Source: Cycas panzhihuaensis | Taxonomy: Eukaryota > Plantae > Cycadophyta | Length of the DNA stretch: 64,000 nucleotides | Reading direction: 5' to 3' | NCBI GenBank assembly: GCA_023213395.1 | Contig: CM041465.1 | Coordinates: forward strand, 134,981,741-135,045,740 | Part shown: piece by piece, positions 13,001 through 27,130 of the stretch | How the letters are laid out: every line of letters starts with the position of its first letter | Position numbering within the stretch: the first letter of the stretch is position 1 | Translations under genes and position numbers: made by a program | The notes under the pieces: model-generated | Told to the model about the DNA's origin: nothing | Database searches by the model: none | What the model saw: only the letters and a program-made list of their open reading frames with translations

Positions 13001-14272
13001 AAAGAGATTCTCTCTTAGATTTAGATCTTGGCATCATGGTTCTTCGAATAAATTCTTGAAATAATCCACCGCTATGCCTTTGATTTCTTCTTCTGTCTCA
13101 TGATTGGCTTTGTCCCTGTTACACAACATATTTATTCTATTGTAAGACCTATGTTTTAGTATGGATATATGAAAAGACTTAGTATTTCTATCTCCCTCTG
13201 AGAGCCAAAGCACTCTAGATTTCTATTTCTAGTGAATTTCCTCCTTAGCCAGCACATCTTCCAAGTTTTTTATATTCGAACATTCCATCTGATCTAGAGA
13301 GGTGGCCCTACCTTCCTCCTGGATCCTCCCCTCTACCATATTGAGTTTTTCTAGAAGTTTGCCTTTAGCCTCAAAAATGTTACTAAAGACTTCTTTATTC
13401 TAGACTTTAATCTATCTCTAAAGCTAGTTTAGCTTTTTAGAGAATCTAAACATGGCATGCCCCACCACATGGGTACTCCACCATTCCTTAACCTGGCCCC
13501 TAAGATTTGGGTGTCTCAGCTACATAAGTTCAAACTAAAAGGGAGCCCTATGGTGAATACCTAAAGTCTTAAACTCTATCATTAGAGGAGAATGATCAGA
13601 GGCCAACTTTGGGAGCACCTCTAACTTGATGTCCTCCTGGAGACTCATCCATTCATAGTTGGTCAACATCCTATCTAACTTTATTTGGATGTGATTGTTC
13701 CCCAATCTTCTATTTGACCAAGTGTACCTGGCCCCTCTAAGTGAGATATCCTGGAGTCCTCCTCTCTGTAAGAAGTCCCCTTGGTCTGACATACTCTTAG
13801 ACTAGCCCTCTTGACCCCCTTTCTTTTCACTTGGATATAGAGTTAAGTTGAAATCCCATGCCACTAACCATGGGCCCTTCTAATCTTTATGGACATCCAT
13901 AATCCTATCCCATAGATTCTTTCTTCCTTCCACTAATGTAGGAGCATAAATATTAGTGGCCTACCATTGGATATTTGTCCTTCTGTAAGTAAAGTAGATG
14001 GTCATGAAGTGATCTTCTTAGACCACACCTAACCCCTACTAGATTCTTAGGTCCCAAAGGACCGCCATATCACCCAAGCCTAAAGATCCCTCTTTGGTCA
14101 ACATTTTGCCCTTCCTCTAAATCTTAATTTTCACCTCTAACTCCTTAGCCTTCTCATGTTTTGTTTCCTATAATAATATAATATTCCCTCCTATTTTGAT
14201 TCTCAAATCCTTAATAATTCTCTGCTTAGAAGGGGCATTCAAGCCCCTAATATTCCAGCATAAGAATCTCAT
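10050..14272 (-). pseudogene. LINE ORF2: endonuclease, RT, zf-RVT, C-terminal RNase H; many stops and frameshifts
   Basis: Starts MRFLCWNIRGLNAP (14272); YTWSNRR...KLDRML...SDHSP; FRLISLCNIKYKILAKILVNRLK; LVSWENICRPK..GG; FNGASKGNPG...EGDSLNVI...HTYREGN at ~10150-10530. The 3' end is approximate. Confidence 0.9.
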
Positions 14273-15696
14273 GGCAAAACCCCCCACTCCATCCATAAAG
14301 GGTCATCTTCTACTCCTAAAGTATAGGCCTTCAATCACCCCTTCCTTTAGGGTACTCTGATACCCTAATAAATTTGGGATGTGGTTTCCCTATCTCGAAT
14401 CACTTTCTCGAACGGTCTGCTGACCCTCTTATTACTACCAAGGTTAGGGGCTCTCCTCAGGCTTGATGATTCCTCTTGAGTCCATTAACCTTTCGTTATC
14501 CACCTGCAAACCCCACTAAGTGGCTTTCCTAGCTTCCCTCTCTTAGATGGAGCCTCCTCAGTCCTATAATCCATTCCAAGCCAGCTCTCTTCTGCCCTAA
14601 CTGTGAGCCCTTGCTACGTTACCCTCTGACTTGAGGGCCACACCTTCTCCTCTCTTTCCTCTTAGAGACTATCCTCCTCATCCCAAATAATCTCCTTCAT
14701 TTACTCAGCCTGAGGAATCTCAACCACCCTAGACATGGCCTCCTCAACCCTCCTCTCTCCAACAAGGTGCTCCTCTACCATAGTTGTTGGCTCTTACTGC
14801 CCTTCCTCTTGACCCCTCTGTCACTTATTCTCCTTAGCTTCCTTTAGGATGGGGCTCTCCTCGTGTTCATCCTTCCCTTTCTCACCTTGACGAGATGCAT
14901 CTACCTTAGATCCTAGTGTAACTTTACTTGGGCCTCCCTCCTCTTCAGCCCTAACCTTATTTGTTACCCCTTGATATTTCAGCAGTAAATGCCCCATGCA
15001 CCTATATTTCAAGCATATGAAGTTGTCTAACTCATAAACCAACTTTTGTTTAATATCCCATCCCTCTATTTCAATGCTAACCTCTTCTAGGAGGTCTCTA
15101 TCAAGTCTCACCAGAATATAAAAACTGGCATTTATCAATCAAGATCTATTCTTTGTAGTAGAGTCCATCGCTTATAAAGGTCCAACTGCCCTAGCCACCC
15201 TTTTTACTACTTCCAAATTCCAAAACTGCAAAGGTAGCCCCAATATCTAGACCCAGATCAAGGTTTATTTTATCATTGGAATAGTTGGATTGAAAGTCAG
15301 GTGCCATTTTTCCAAGGTAATGGCCTTCCTACCAAGAATCCATAGGGGCTTTAAAAGAATGTCAATCATATCCTCTTGGTTTACAAACCTAAAGAGGATA
15401 TATCCCTTAGGCATAGCCATCACCTCCACTGGGTTCTTTATTTTCTATCTATTCTTGGTCCAATTCCTAATAATCTCAAGCCTGAGTCTAGGCCCCAAAA
15501 ACCTCCCAACCAAGTTGTTTTTACAGTATTTCATCATTTTTTCATTTAACTCTTTAGGCATAAGAATTTTTATTCGATTATCTTGAAAGGTAGGGTTTAT
15601 CACATAATCCTTTGTAACATCATTTCTCAATACATCAGGGTAAGTCTTTCCCAGAGGAGAGGACTGAGTCTAATTTATCTGGTTTGGTTGCTCCAT
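14273..15696 (-). pseudogene. LINE ORF1 (DUF4283/RRM-like region plus zinc knuckle), decayed
   Basis: NLVGRFLGPRLRLEIIRNW; QKLVYELDNFICLKYRCMGHLLLKY (degenerate CCHC); acidic low-complexity tail; lies directly upstream of ORF2. Confidence 0.8.
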
Positions 15697-17842
15697 TCAC
15701 TTAAATAAAAATAGAATAAAACATAGTAAAAACTCTCAGTCTGAAAAATCTTCCTACACCCATAGATCATAATTGATTCTTCAAAGTTCCCTCTCTGAGG
15801 GCTCTTTTCTACCAACACTATTCACTTTGCTCCACACTCTACCTTCTTGGAACTGGCTGCGTGTCGCCAAGATCCACCCAGGAACCTGAGCTATTGCCTC
15901 ATCACAGTCTATCTAGGGGGCCATCCATATCCTTGTTGCTCATAGAGCTCCAAAAAGACACCACGAGCCAGCTAAATGAAACTGGTGACTCCCTTCACTC
16001 AAACCAACTAATCTTTCCTTTTCCCATACTAGGGAACGAGGACTCGAATGTCTAGGGCCTTGCCCCATCTTCTTTCTCTGGTCCATCCCCAAGACAGGGC
16101 TCTGCGAGGAACCCAGTTGTTGGTGCTTTCTCTATAACCCTAACTAGTCTATCTGCAATGTTTAATTCTCTATTCACGTCATCCATATATCCACTCCCAA
16201 TCTAGCTAGTAAGTGAGCTCACTTATTTACTGATGCTCTAGAAAACAATTAGATCATAGCCAAAATTCATGGAATGATTTTTTATTGGGGATTGATTCTA
16301 TTATCTAAGAGATCTAAGGGTAAAAAGGAGCAATCCATTAGCAATCTAGTACTACTAGAGCATTCCATTAAGTCCCTTTTAACTACATTTAAGAGTTTTT
16401 TAAATGTATATTCTTTCTCAAGTGAGTTTTTTCCTTTAAGATTACTAAATTTTCTATGAGATTTGGCTTGTCCTTCCTACATTATTTGAGATTTTATTAG
16501 GATCTATCCCTATGAGACTTTGTTATTCCTATTATAAGGGATAACGAGCTATATTTACCTTATCCCCTACTTAGTTCTTAGGCCTACTTTCTCATCCATC
16601 CACTAAAATCAATCTTTTGTAACTTCTACTATTCTACTTGTATTGTTCACCTGCTCTATAAATACTTTTATCATCACTTCTATCATTCTTATGGCCTTAA
16701 GGAATTAATGGTAAAATTGGGCAGAAACATAGCATTATTCTAAGGTAACTATTTTTGGTTTTAATCATCATTGAGGTAATATTATTTAGATTCGTTGGTA
16801 ATTAAGTTTAGTAAAAAAAAATAATTATAATAAAAAAATACTCTTACTCTTATTTTGAGCTTTTACCATTTCTAAAGTTGAAGGGTTTTATGGTATTTTT
16901 GCTTGACCATAGTGCGGTAATATTTTTCTTAAGTAATTTCATTTCTCTAATTCTCTTATTCTTGTAATTCTCAATGAGTTTGGCCCTTCAAGGGTTGGTA
17001 TATCAATTCCTAGACTCTTGAAAGAAGGTAGAATTAGAAATTAGAGAAAGTTATTGAGTGAGGTAGTTTTTTCCATATATGTAAATATTATCTTCTATTA
17101 TATACTAGTTAGAGATCATTTTAAGTTGATTATAGAATTATGTATGAGAAATATAATATTTTCATCCATTATTATAACACTTATACTTTGTTATTTAATT
17201 ATTGATCTCTCCTTTGACATAAGGAGGGATATCAAGTGAGCAAAGCCATTTTATCATAAAAATTAATTTCCATGTATACATCTCTTTTCTTGATCTCAAA
17301 ATTTATTAAAAGGGTGAAATGAGAAAGAAGAAACAAAGTAAATTATCTTTTATTATCTACTTATTTACTTTAATTATTGTTTCTTATTGCACTTGCATAT
17401 ATAAGAAAAGAAAATTTTTCAATTATTCAATCTCTTTGCTCTTTTATATTCTATTGAGTACACCTAAACTAGTAGAAAAATAAAGAAAGGAATATGTAGT
17501 AGGATAATCATAAGTATAACTCAAGTACCTAGATCTCCCTTACCTCTTGTGTTCTTTCCTATCTTTGCTTATATGCATGGTGTATGATGTTTCAATGCAA
17601 ATGAAAAATACATCCAAGTTGTTTGACAGAAATTGGTTTTCTAGCTTCAAGCTAATCGCAATAAGAGAACTAAGGTCATTAGTTTAAAGAGAAAGCCTTT
17701 TTGACCAACTCCTAAAAAGGAGGCATTGCCTACTCTTGAGAGTATTTTAAACTAAGGGAATAATAATAAAACATGATGGAAAACTTCACATGCATAAAAA
17801 AACAAAAATAAGTCTAAGTTTAATAGCAAATCAAACATATAT

Positions 17843-19560
17843 GCAATAACTAGGATGTAGTTTTTATTTGCATGAAAACATCATATAATATGCATGCAAG
17901 TAAAGATAAGAAAAAGCACATTAGACAAGGGAGATTTAGATACCTAAATTATATATATAGTTATCCTACTACATTCTCCTTTATTTCTTTTTCTACTAGT
18001 TTATATGTACTAAATAGAATATAAAAGAGTGAAGAGATAGGCAATCATTTAATTATAAGCTCAAACTTAGGACCCACTAAACCTAACTTTGTAAGATAAA
18101 GATTTTTATTTTCTTACATATGTAAGTGTAACAAGGAAAAGCAATCAAAGTAAATAAGTAGAAAACAAAAGATAATTTACTTTATTTCCTCTTTTTTATT
18201 TCATCCTTTTATTAAATTTTGAGATTAAGAAAAGAGATGTGTACTTCATGATAGATTTTATGATGAAATAACTTCACTCACTTGGTATTCCTCCTTGTGT
18301 CAAAATAGAGCTTAATGATAAAGGAAACAAAATATAAGTATTTCAATAATAGATAGAAATATTATATCTCTCACATACAACTCTACAAATAACCCAAAAT
18401 GATCTCTAACTAGTATATAATAGAAAATAACCTTTGAATGCAAGGAAAAAATAAGTTTGCTTAATAACTTTCTCAAATTTTAAACTCCACCTCTTCTCAA
18501 GAGTCTAGGAATCAATATACAAACCCTCTGAAGGGATAAAGTCATGAAAAATTAAAAGAATAAGAGAATTAGAAAAGTAAGACCACATAAACAAAATGAT
18601 TAAAGTGCTTCCAACAAGAAAAACATACCATTAAATCATATAATTTCATAAATAATAAAAGTTGAAAATGAGAACAAGAATAGTTTTTTCCTTTTTTTTA
18701 ATATATTTGTTTCACTAAACTCAACTAGCAATAAATCCAAATAATGTCACCTCAATAATGATTGAATCTAGTAATCGTTGCCTTAAAAGGGTGCCATGTT
18801 TTTGCTTAATCCTTACCGTTAAGTCTTTAAGGCCATACGAATGATAGAATTAATTATAAAAGTATCAATAGAGAGTGTGAACAACACAAATAAAACTAGT
18901 ATAAGTTATAAAATATTGATTTTAGTAGATGAATGAGTAAGTAGACATGAGAACTGGGTAGGGGGTAAAGTAAATATCGTTATCCCTCACAGTAGGACTA
19001 ATAAGATTTCATAGGGGTGGATCCCTAGTTAAATCTTAAATAGTTTAGAAAAGACAAGTTAAATATCATAAGAAACTTGGTAATATTAAGGGCAAAAACT
19101 TACTTGAGAAAGAACATACACAGAAGAACTTTTAAAACTCAATCTAAAGGGACTCACACTAGATTGATATACTACTAATGGGTTACTAAGGGATGACCCC
19201 TACCTCTACTAGATGATGGAATTAATCCATAATTAGAATTCATGCTATGACTTTTGATCATGATCTAATTGATTTCCAATAAGATTTTTGCATGAATAAG
19301 GTCTATAAGGTAGCTGGAGAAAGTAAGATGACAAGTTCCTACTAATATGGTTGATGAGGACCAAGAAAAATGTGGAATCATCATTTTTGTTTAAAAAAAT
19401 TTACATACAGCATAGTGAAAAATGTGAGTTACATTTTATAAAGAATGAAAAATATGAGATTCTTAATAAAATATGATCCAGTCACAATTGGTCATATTTT
19501 ATTAAGAGTGAAAAAATATGAACTTCATAATAGAATATGATTAGGTATGACTCAGTCACA
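17843..19560 (-). repeat. Right arm of the inverted repeat; probable minus-strand LTR
   Basis: Reverse complement of the left arm. The spacer carries CTCCTTTTTAGGAGTTGG on the minus strand (~17705-17722), the motif that follows the putative LTR ends at 1620, 4472 and 7869. Confidence 0.72.
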
Positions 19561-19996
19561 TTTTATTAAGAAGATCATGTTTTTGGGCTAACAAAAAAGT
19601 TCAACTAAAGGGAAATAGCCAGAAACTTAGAAAAATGAAATTTTTCTTAGAAAAAAATTAGTCTACTAAGGATTATTTAGCTCAAGCATTAACTAATGAA
19701 GCCAAAATCAGTGAAACTTAGGACCAAAAGTAAGGAAACGTATGCTAAGAAAGAAAAATAACAAATAGAGTACTTGAACGAGCTAGCTTAAAATCAAGCA
19801 CAAAGTAAGATATGCTCCATAATATCAATCATCAACAAGTGGATAATCATCATCATATATAACCAATCATTTAGTCATCATATCATAGTCTAAAGTAATA
19901 CAATAAAAGACCAAATATATATGGGATGATAATTAAACCATGAAATAATAAATAAGAAAAAAAAAACTAATAATTGATTCCACACAATAATAAATA

Positions 19997-22900
19997 TGTT
20001 AGAATTATGCCCATTTGGGCTTATATTAGCTCACATCGGCCTTGGGCTTGGTGGAGAGATTATGTTGGTACACTTACTTCACCTAGTTAACTTTGTCAAA
20101 GGTTAGCGGCAAATATTTCAGCATTTTTTAATGCCAGACAGTAATAGATAGTGAGCACTTCCCACTAACATCTTGCCTATATGTTCATGGGGTTCAAAGA
20201 CCTTGATGTTCATTAACACTACCACTATATTATATTGAAGATTCACTTATTTGTTCATTCTCTACTCCCTACAACTCCCTATATTCCTTCATTTGGTATT
20301 AGGGGGAGTTGTGTAAGATTTTTTAGTATTTTTAAAGTGTTGCCTTATTGCAAAAGTGTTTGAATGAAGAGCCAAAGTTGGAGAAATATTCAAAAAGTCT
20401 TGTGAGGAGTTTTTATTGCATGCACCATTGATACTTTTAAGTTATTAGTCAATATTTCATTATTCATTTTCATAAGCTTTTTCAAAGGTTGTCATTCATC
20501 TATTTCTGTTTATTAGGGTTCTATTTGAAAGAGTTTATTCCCATTATATGCCCAAGCATTTTAATGAAGGAGATCTCACCATTATGGTGCTTGTCTTATT
20601 CCTAGCTTGTCTTGCTTGATAGACAGTTGCTTTTGCATTGTCTAAAGAGTATTTGCCTTGTCTTACTTTACTTTTTGCATTGATCTGCTTGATTTCATTG
20701 AATTCTCCACAAACTGAAAGAAAACTATCATCTTTACATATATCTATATCCTCCCAATAGTTTGTAATGTGCTCTATATTGATCAAATGCTTAAATGCAT
20801 TTATTAAACCCTATGTCTCTCCTCTCTAGCCATAAAGAATTCAATAGTCATCAAATTTATGCCCAGATTATTCTTGCATAGTTACCTATATGGTGTTGAT
20901 TTGTATCTCTATTTCTTCATATGTGATTACTTTAAATATTATAAATATTAAATATTTATGTCTCAATAATAAAGTATTGAGTCAACCAAGTAATATATTC
21001 TTTACATCGTGCCTTTATTTCTCACCCATATGACCTACGCATGATTGTATTTGTTTTTATAGCTACCACTCTTTAAATTAATACATTTTTAATATTTATT
21101 CTAAAGTTTGGAACTTTAGTAATAATTGTTTATGTCACTTTTTCAAATGTTCATATTGATATGGCTCCCTCCTCAATGTACAATTACTTCGTACCTTATT
21201 TGTATCCCTTTTTTTTATATAGCCTATACACACATCATTTACAGTTTCACCTTATTTATAGTATCATCTCTACCCTGTTTGCAACCTCTAATTTCTTTTT
21301 GCGCATTATATAAGTATTTTGCTAAGAAACAAACCATGCAACTATTTTTTTTAAGCATCATCGATAGTAGCACAACATCCACTTTTATCACATATAGCTA
21401 TTTTCAGCATTTTTATTAACATTTAATAATTTGGTTCTATTACATAAACTTTAGAAGGCTATTTATTATTGTGGGCCCTATATTAGAGCCATTAATGAAC
21501 TTGTTAAAATAAGTACCATATATTATCCATAACAAGTCATATGTGGTGTTTAATATGAGTAAGTTCAGTTTTACAAAAGGAACCAAGTCAATTTTTCATA
21601 ACAATAGTTCAAAGTCAAGACCTAGTTCTTCTCTAGAGGCCATAATTTTCACTAAAGAAGTAAAAAATTAATTCTGTTAGCACTAAATCAAAATCTATTC
21701 TCACCCAATCAAAATAAGTGGTTACACAACCACCTTCTATTTTAGTTTGATAGACTTTTTAATGAGTAAAGTCGAGGCAATGTGCTTTTGAGCCTTTTAT
21801 GTTAAAAGGTTAACTTTTTGTAAAAGTTTTTAATGTATATTTTGGTGATTCAATATTGGAATTAAGTCTTGTTTGAAGTGTTGAGATCTATTTTCTATTT
21901 TCTAGAGGCTTGTAAACTTATAAAAAAATTTCAAGATCATTTTGTATATTGTTTTTATCCTCCAATGTGGCACTAGTAAAGAGCTTCCTACGTGATGACC
22001 CTTATATAAACTAGTGAAAATTCAAATTATAATCTCCCACTAATAAAAGTTATTGCTTTTAAGGCAGTTAGAATCCAAAAAGAGACATTTATGCTAGTCC
22101 TGGAGGTGAAATAGAATATTTCTTGTAGTTGTTAAGTGTATTTTCATTGCTTTTAGTGCCTTTTATTGTAAGTTTATTTAGAAGCACTTTATATTTTTAA
22201 AAGTTATTTTGTTAAGGCAATCTTTTCTTTACAATGACATCAAATCTTAGGAATGTAATTGTACCAAAGTTTAATGAAGCAAACTTTCTTAATTAGAATA
22301 AGCAAATAAGGCCTAGTTTTATTATAAAGGATATGTGAGAGCTTGTTGATACAGGATATGAAGAAATTGATGAAATTTCCACTGATGATGAAAAGAAGAG
22401 CTACAAGGAGAATGCCAAGAAGGATAACAAAGTACTTACACTTATCTTTTATACATTAGAGAATCACATCTTCCCTAGACTTAGTGAGGCTACAACGTCT
22501 AAGGAGGCTTGGGGCACCCTCAAGACATCTTATGAAGGAGCAACATCTTCAAAGCTAGAAACCTTAAGGAATAAATTTAAAAATTTAAGGATGATAACTT
22601 GAGAAGAAGTCAATGAGTTTATCACTAAGGTCAAAGATTTAGTAATCAAATGACATCCTTAGATGAAATAATAAATGAATAAAGGGGTGTTGAAAAGATT
22701 CTAAGGTGTTTAGGAGAAATTAAAAGATTTAAAATGGTGGCAATAAGTATAAAGTCTTAAAAAGACCTTAGCATACTTAATATTAAATAATTAAGTATTA
22801 TGCTCTTAGTTGTTGAGGAGAAGAAAGGGGGAAGTGAATCCCTTAAACATGCCTTTACCACTAAGGCTAGAATTAGGCAAAATTTTTAAGGATAAAGTTC

Positions 22901-25900
22901 TAAGGATAGAGGCCAATCCCCTAGAGGAAGAGGCTAACTAAGAAACCAATCTTAAAGACAAGGCCAAGGTTTCCAAAATTATCAAGGCTTCTAAGGACAA
23001 GGAAATTTTCAAGGACAATGCCCTAATCAAGGTTTTCAAGGGTAAAATCTAAGATATTTTCAAGGCTAAGGACAAGGCCAAAACTTTGGAAGAAGAAGAG
23101 TAACTTATAGGGGAGAAATCAAAGTTAAAGAGGAAGAGGAACCACTCATTGTACCTTTATCATAGAATTGGCCACTTAAAAGAAATTTATTTTGCCAAAA
23201 ATGTAAGTACATAAAGGGGAATAGCTAATATAGCTATAGAAGGAAGATATGATGATAGATTATTTCTCTTAAGTCTGATAGCCAATGAAGAAGAATATAG
23301 TTGGTACATTGATTTAGGATGTTCAACACACATGATAAACAAAGAAGAATGGCTTAAGGAGATGGATAATTCTAGGAAAAATAGAATTATATTTAGGGAC
23401 AACTCCATACATGTGGAAGTTGGAAAAGGAAATGTTTCTATAACAAATGACTTAAGAGAAACAAGAAGTATAAATGATGTTCTACATGTTCCAACTCTAA
23501 AAAAGAATCTACTCTCAGTGAATTAGATTATGGATCAAAAGTATTAAGTGATTTTTAATAATATAGAATGTATTATCAAGGATAAGGAATAAGGCGATTA
23601 TGGCAAAAGGTTAAATAAATAGTGATAAACTATTTAAACTAATCATACCTCCATCAAATTCCTATGCTTTAAAAGATTCAACTAGTGTTAATTGTGAAAC
23701 ATGACACAAAAGACTTGGCCATGTAAATTATATTAGCTTAGCTTTAATGAAAAGAATAGATATGGTGACCAAACTCCCTACTATAGAACCTAACAAAGAG
23801 CTTTGTAAAAGTTATATATTTAGAAATAACAAAGGGAATTTTTTCTAAATGAAAGTTATAGAAACAATGGGCCCCTTCAATTGATTTATATAGACCTATA
23901 TGGTCTAATAGATGTATACTTACTAGGAGGTACTAAATACTTCACAACTTTTATTAATGACTTCATTATAATGACTTGGGTCTACTTCATTAAATTCAAA
24001 TCAAAATCTCTTCAATATTTTATGAACTTCAAAACATTGGTTGAAAAATAAAGTAGGTTTAGAATTCTTGCATTAAGATTAGATAATAGGGGATAATTCA
24101 TCTCAAATAAGTTTATTACATATTATAATAATTGTGGGATAAAGAAATAACTCACTAATCATTATACTCCACAATAAAATAGAGTTGAAAAATAAAAAAA
24201 TAAAAGAATTATAGAAACAACAAGTAGTATGCTTAAGGATAAGTAACTTAGATATGAATTTTAGGCAAAAATTATACACACGATAATTTATTTATTGAAC
24301 AAGTGTACCACTAAGACTATTAGGTGGGTCATACCAAAATAAGCTTGGACCAGCTACAAGCCAAATATAAAATACGTAAGGATTTTTAGATGCTTAGCCT
24401 TTACACATATTCTAGATTAGAAAAGAACCAAGTTGGATGATAAGAGCACCAAACGTATTTTATATGATACAATAATACTTCTAGATCCTATAAACTCTAT
24501 GATCTAAAAGATAAGAAGATGATTATAACAAGGGATGTCATCTTTAAAGAGGATGAAATTTATCAAGAAGAAGTTAAAAAAGATAAAAAAAAAATGATCA
24601 TGCTTGAAATGAAACCAAATTTTAAAGGTACAAATATATCTTATTCAAATGAAGTAGGACCCTCCACATCAAATCAAGGGATCCCTAAATGGGTATGAAG
24701 AGCACATGACCCTTTAAACATTTTGGATAATAACTTTGAGACAAGAACTAGTAGATCTCAAAGGGTAAATTTTGTTTTGATGACTCAAGTGATGGAGTCA
24801 AATAAGCCTCATAACTTTTAAGAGGCTAATACAAGATGCATTAAGAGAAGTAATAAAGGATGAGTATAATGCCTTAGTTAAAAATGATACATGGGAATTA
24901 GTAGATATACCACTAAATAAGAATGTAATTAGAACCAAGTGGGTCTATAAGACCAAATATAGACCAAATGAAATAGTTAATAAGTATAAAGCAATGTTAG
25001 TTGCTAAAGGCTATGCCCAAATTAAAGGCATAGATTATAGTGAAACTTTTATACTAGTTATAAGGTTAGAGATAGTCGGATTAATGACGTCTTTAGCAAC
25101 ACAACACAGTTAGATGGTTTACTAAATACATGTTAAAAGTTATTTCTTAAATAGTTATATAGAAGAAGAAATATATGTTTAACAACTAAAAGGTTTTGAA
25201 GTAAAAGGAGAAGAAAACAAGGTCTATAAACTTAAGAAGGCCTTGTATGGACTTAAGCAAGCACCTACAGCATGGTACTCTAAGATCGATAAGCACTTTA
25301 AAGGATTATAAAGAAGTCAGTCTAATCCAAATTTTTATATCAAGATAGAAGTAAGATCCATACTTATTATGGGCTTATATGTTGATGAACTTGTATATAT
25401 TAGGAATGATATTCACTTATCCCAAAGATTCAAAAAGGATATATGTAAGGAGTTTAAAATGATAGATTTGGGATTAATAAATTACTTTTTAGGCTTAGAA
25501 GTATTTCAAAATGAAAATGGGATATTTGCCTCTCAAAGAAAATATGCATTGAACTTATTGCACAAGTTTAACATAAGTAATTGCAAGATACTTACAACAC
25601 CAGTAGAAGTTGGGATGAAGTTATCAAAGTTTAAGGAATCAGAATAAGTTAACCCTACAATCTATAGGCAATTGATTAGAAGTTTAATTTACTTAACTTT
25701 AACTTGATATGATATTATGTATGCTATTAGTGTAGTTTCTAGATTCATGCATGAGCCTAAAGTAAAACATTATCAATCAATAAAAAGGATTCTGAAGTAT
25801 TTAAAAGGTACAATTAGACATGGATCACACTACAAGTTATTAGAAGACTACAGATTGATTGATTATATAGACTTAGACTAAGCAAGTTATATAAATGACA

Positions 25901-26627
25901 GGAAATTTACCTTTGGTTATACTTTTACTTTAGGTTTAATAGAAGTTACTTGCTATTCAAAGAAATAGGCCACAGTTTCTCTATCAACTATAGAGGTAGA
26001 GTATTAGGTAGTTATAGTAGGAGCTTGTGAGATAGATTCACTAAGAAGATTACTCCAGGATTTGTAGGAAAAATAGGTTGGTCCCACATAGATGCTTTGT
26101 GATAATCAAAACACTATTTATATGACTCAAAATCAAGTGTTTTATGGTAGACAAAGCATATCAAAACATAATATCACTTTATTAGGAAATTAGTATAGCA
26201 AGGCAAAATGGTTTATTACAACACAAAAGATCAAGTGCCAGACATATCCACTAAGGCACTTGAAAAGATAAAGTTTAGAAAGTTTAGAGATAAACTTGAA
26301 ATCTCCCTAAATATACATTATGGAAGAGAAATATTGGAATAATTCCTATTTGGGCTTGTATCAAATCATATCAACCTAGGTTTTGGTAGAGAGATTATGT
26401 TAATACCACTAATCACACATATCTGACTTTTTTAGATGTTAGCAATAAATATTTTGGCATTTCTTAATGGTAGTCAATGGTAAATATTAAGCGCTTCCTG
26501 CTCACATCCTACTTATATATTCATGGGGTTTAAAGACCCTGGTGTTCATCAACACTGCCACTATATCATATTAAAGTTTCACCTATTCATGCATTCTCTG
26601 CTCCCTTTAACTCTCTACATTTCTTTA
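19997..26627 (+). mobile_element. Full-length old Ty1/copia LTR retrotransposon
   Basis: LTRs 19997-20291 and 26332-26627 (~295 bp, strongly diverged); TSD AAATA on both sides; decayed Met PBS TGGTATTAGGG (20294); PPT-like GGAAGAGAAA before the 3' LTR. Confidence 0.93.
22234..26315 (+). pseudogene. copia gag-pol (gag, protease, integrase, RT, RNase H) with numerous stops
   Basis: MTSNLRNVIVPKF..., [46 protein letters not shown], in copia domain order. Confidence 0.92.
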
Positions 26628-26829
26628 AAATACACATCTAAATGTATGTATTAGAGTCAATCATTAAATAATCTATAGTAAATGATCTAGTAGTGAGTTT
26701 AATTGAGTGGAAAGGCCTAATTTTGGTAAAACATTTTTTATTTATATGAAAACATCAAATAACATGCATGCAAATAAAGACATAAAAGAAACAACAAATA
26801 ACTAAACTAGCAAATAACTAGGACATATT

Positions 26830-27130
26830 TTTTAAAGAAATATCTTATAAAAGTATTAATTAATTACTAAAAAAAGAAGATAGATGTGGGTTTTAATCTA
26901 TATAATCACTTCAAGGCATCACCCTACAAGGTCTTTAGAAATAATCATATCATTATATAGTCATAAGGGAGGTAGTTGATACATGCAAGTGTAAAAGCTT
27001 GCACATGTCCTATTAGATCTTGAGTTGATTTCCTTAAAAATTTAGGTAACTTAGGTATAAAATGTAGTAGTGGAGAGAGAATAACATCGTATCAAAAGGG
27101 ATTCCTTTTATAGTCAACATACAATTTCCT
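26830..27130 (-). pseudogene. Ty3/gypsy Retrotrans_gag fragment (Tat/Ogre-like)
   Basis: PKLPKFLRKSTQDLIGHVQAFTLACINYLPYDYIMI*LFLKTL*GDALK*LYRLKPTSI fits the PKF..DP..H..F..LF..TL.G.A..W...L...SI gag core. Confidence 0.78.

Larger units (their letters stand above)
9901..16238 (-). mobile_element. Full-length L1-clade LINE retrotransposon (decayed)
   Basis: 18-bp TSD TAGAAAA(T/C)AATTAGATCA at 9883-9900 and 16239-16256; poly(A) remnant (T9 at 9901-9909); ORF1, endonuclease, RT, zf-RVT and RNase H fragments in order on the minus strand. Confidence 0.93.
9605..17623 (+). repeat. Left arm of a long inverted repeat (9605-9900 plus 16239-17623), split by the LINE; probable LTR-derived sequence
   Basis: Its reverse complement aligns colinearly with 17843-19560: 9605-9900 with 19261-19560, 16257-16550 with 18960-19260, and 17520-17620 with 17845-17950. 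Confidence 0.8.

Noticed and set aside
11488-15586. Plus-strand ORFs within the LINE
   Set aside because: Antisense shadows of minus-strand ORF1/ORF2.
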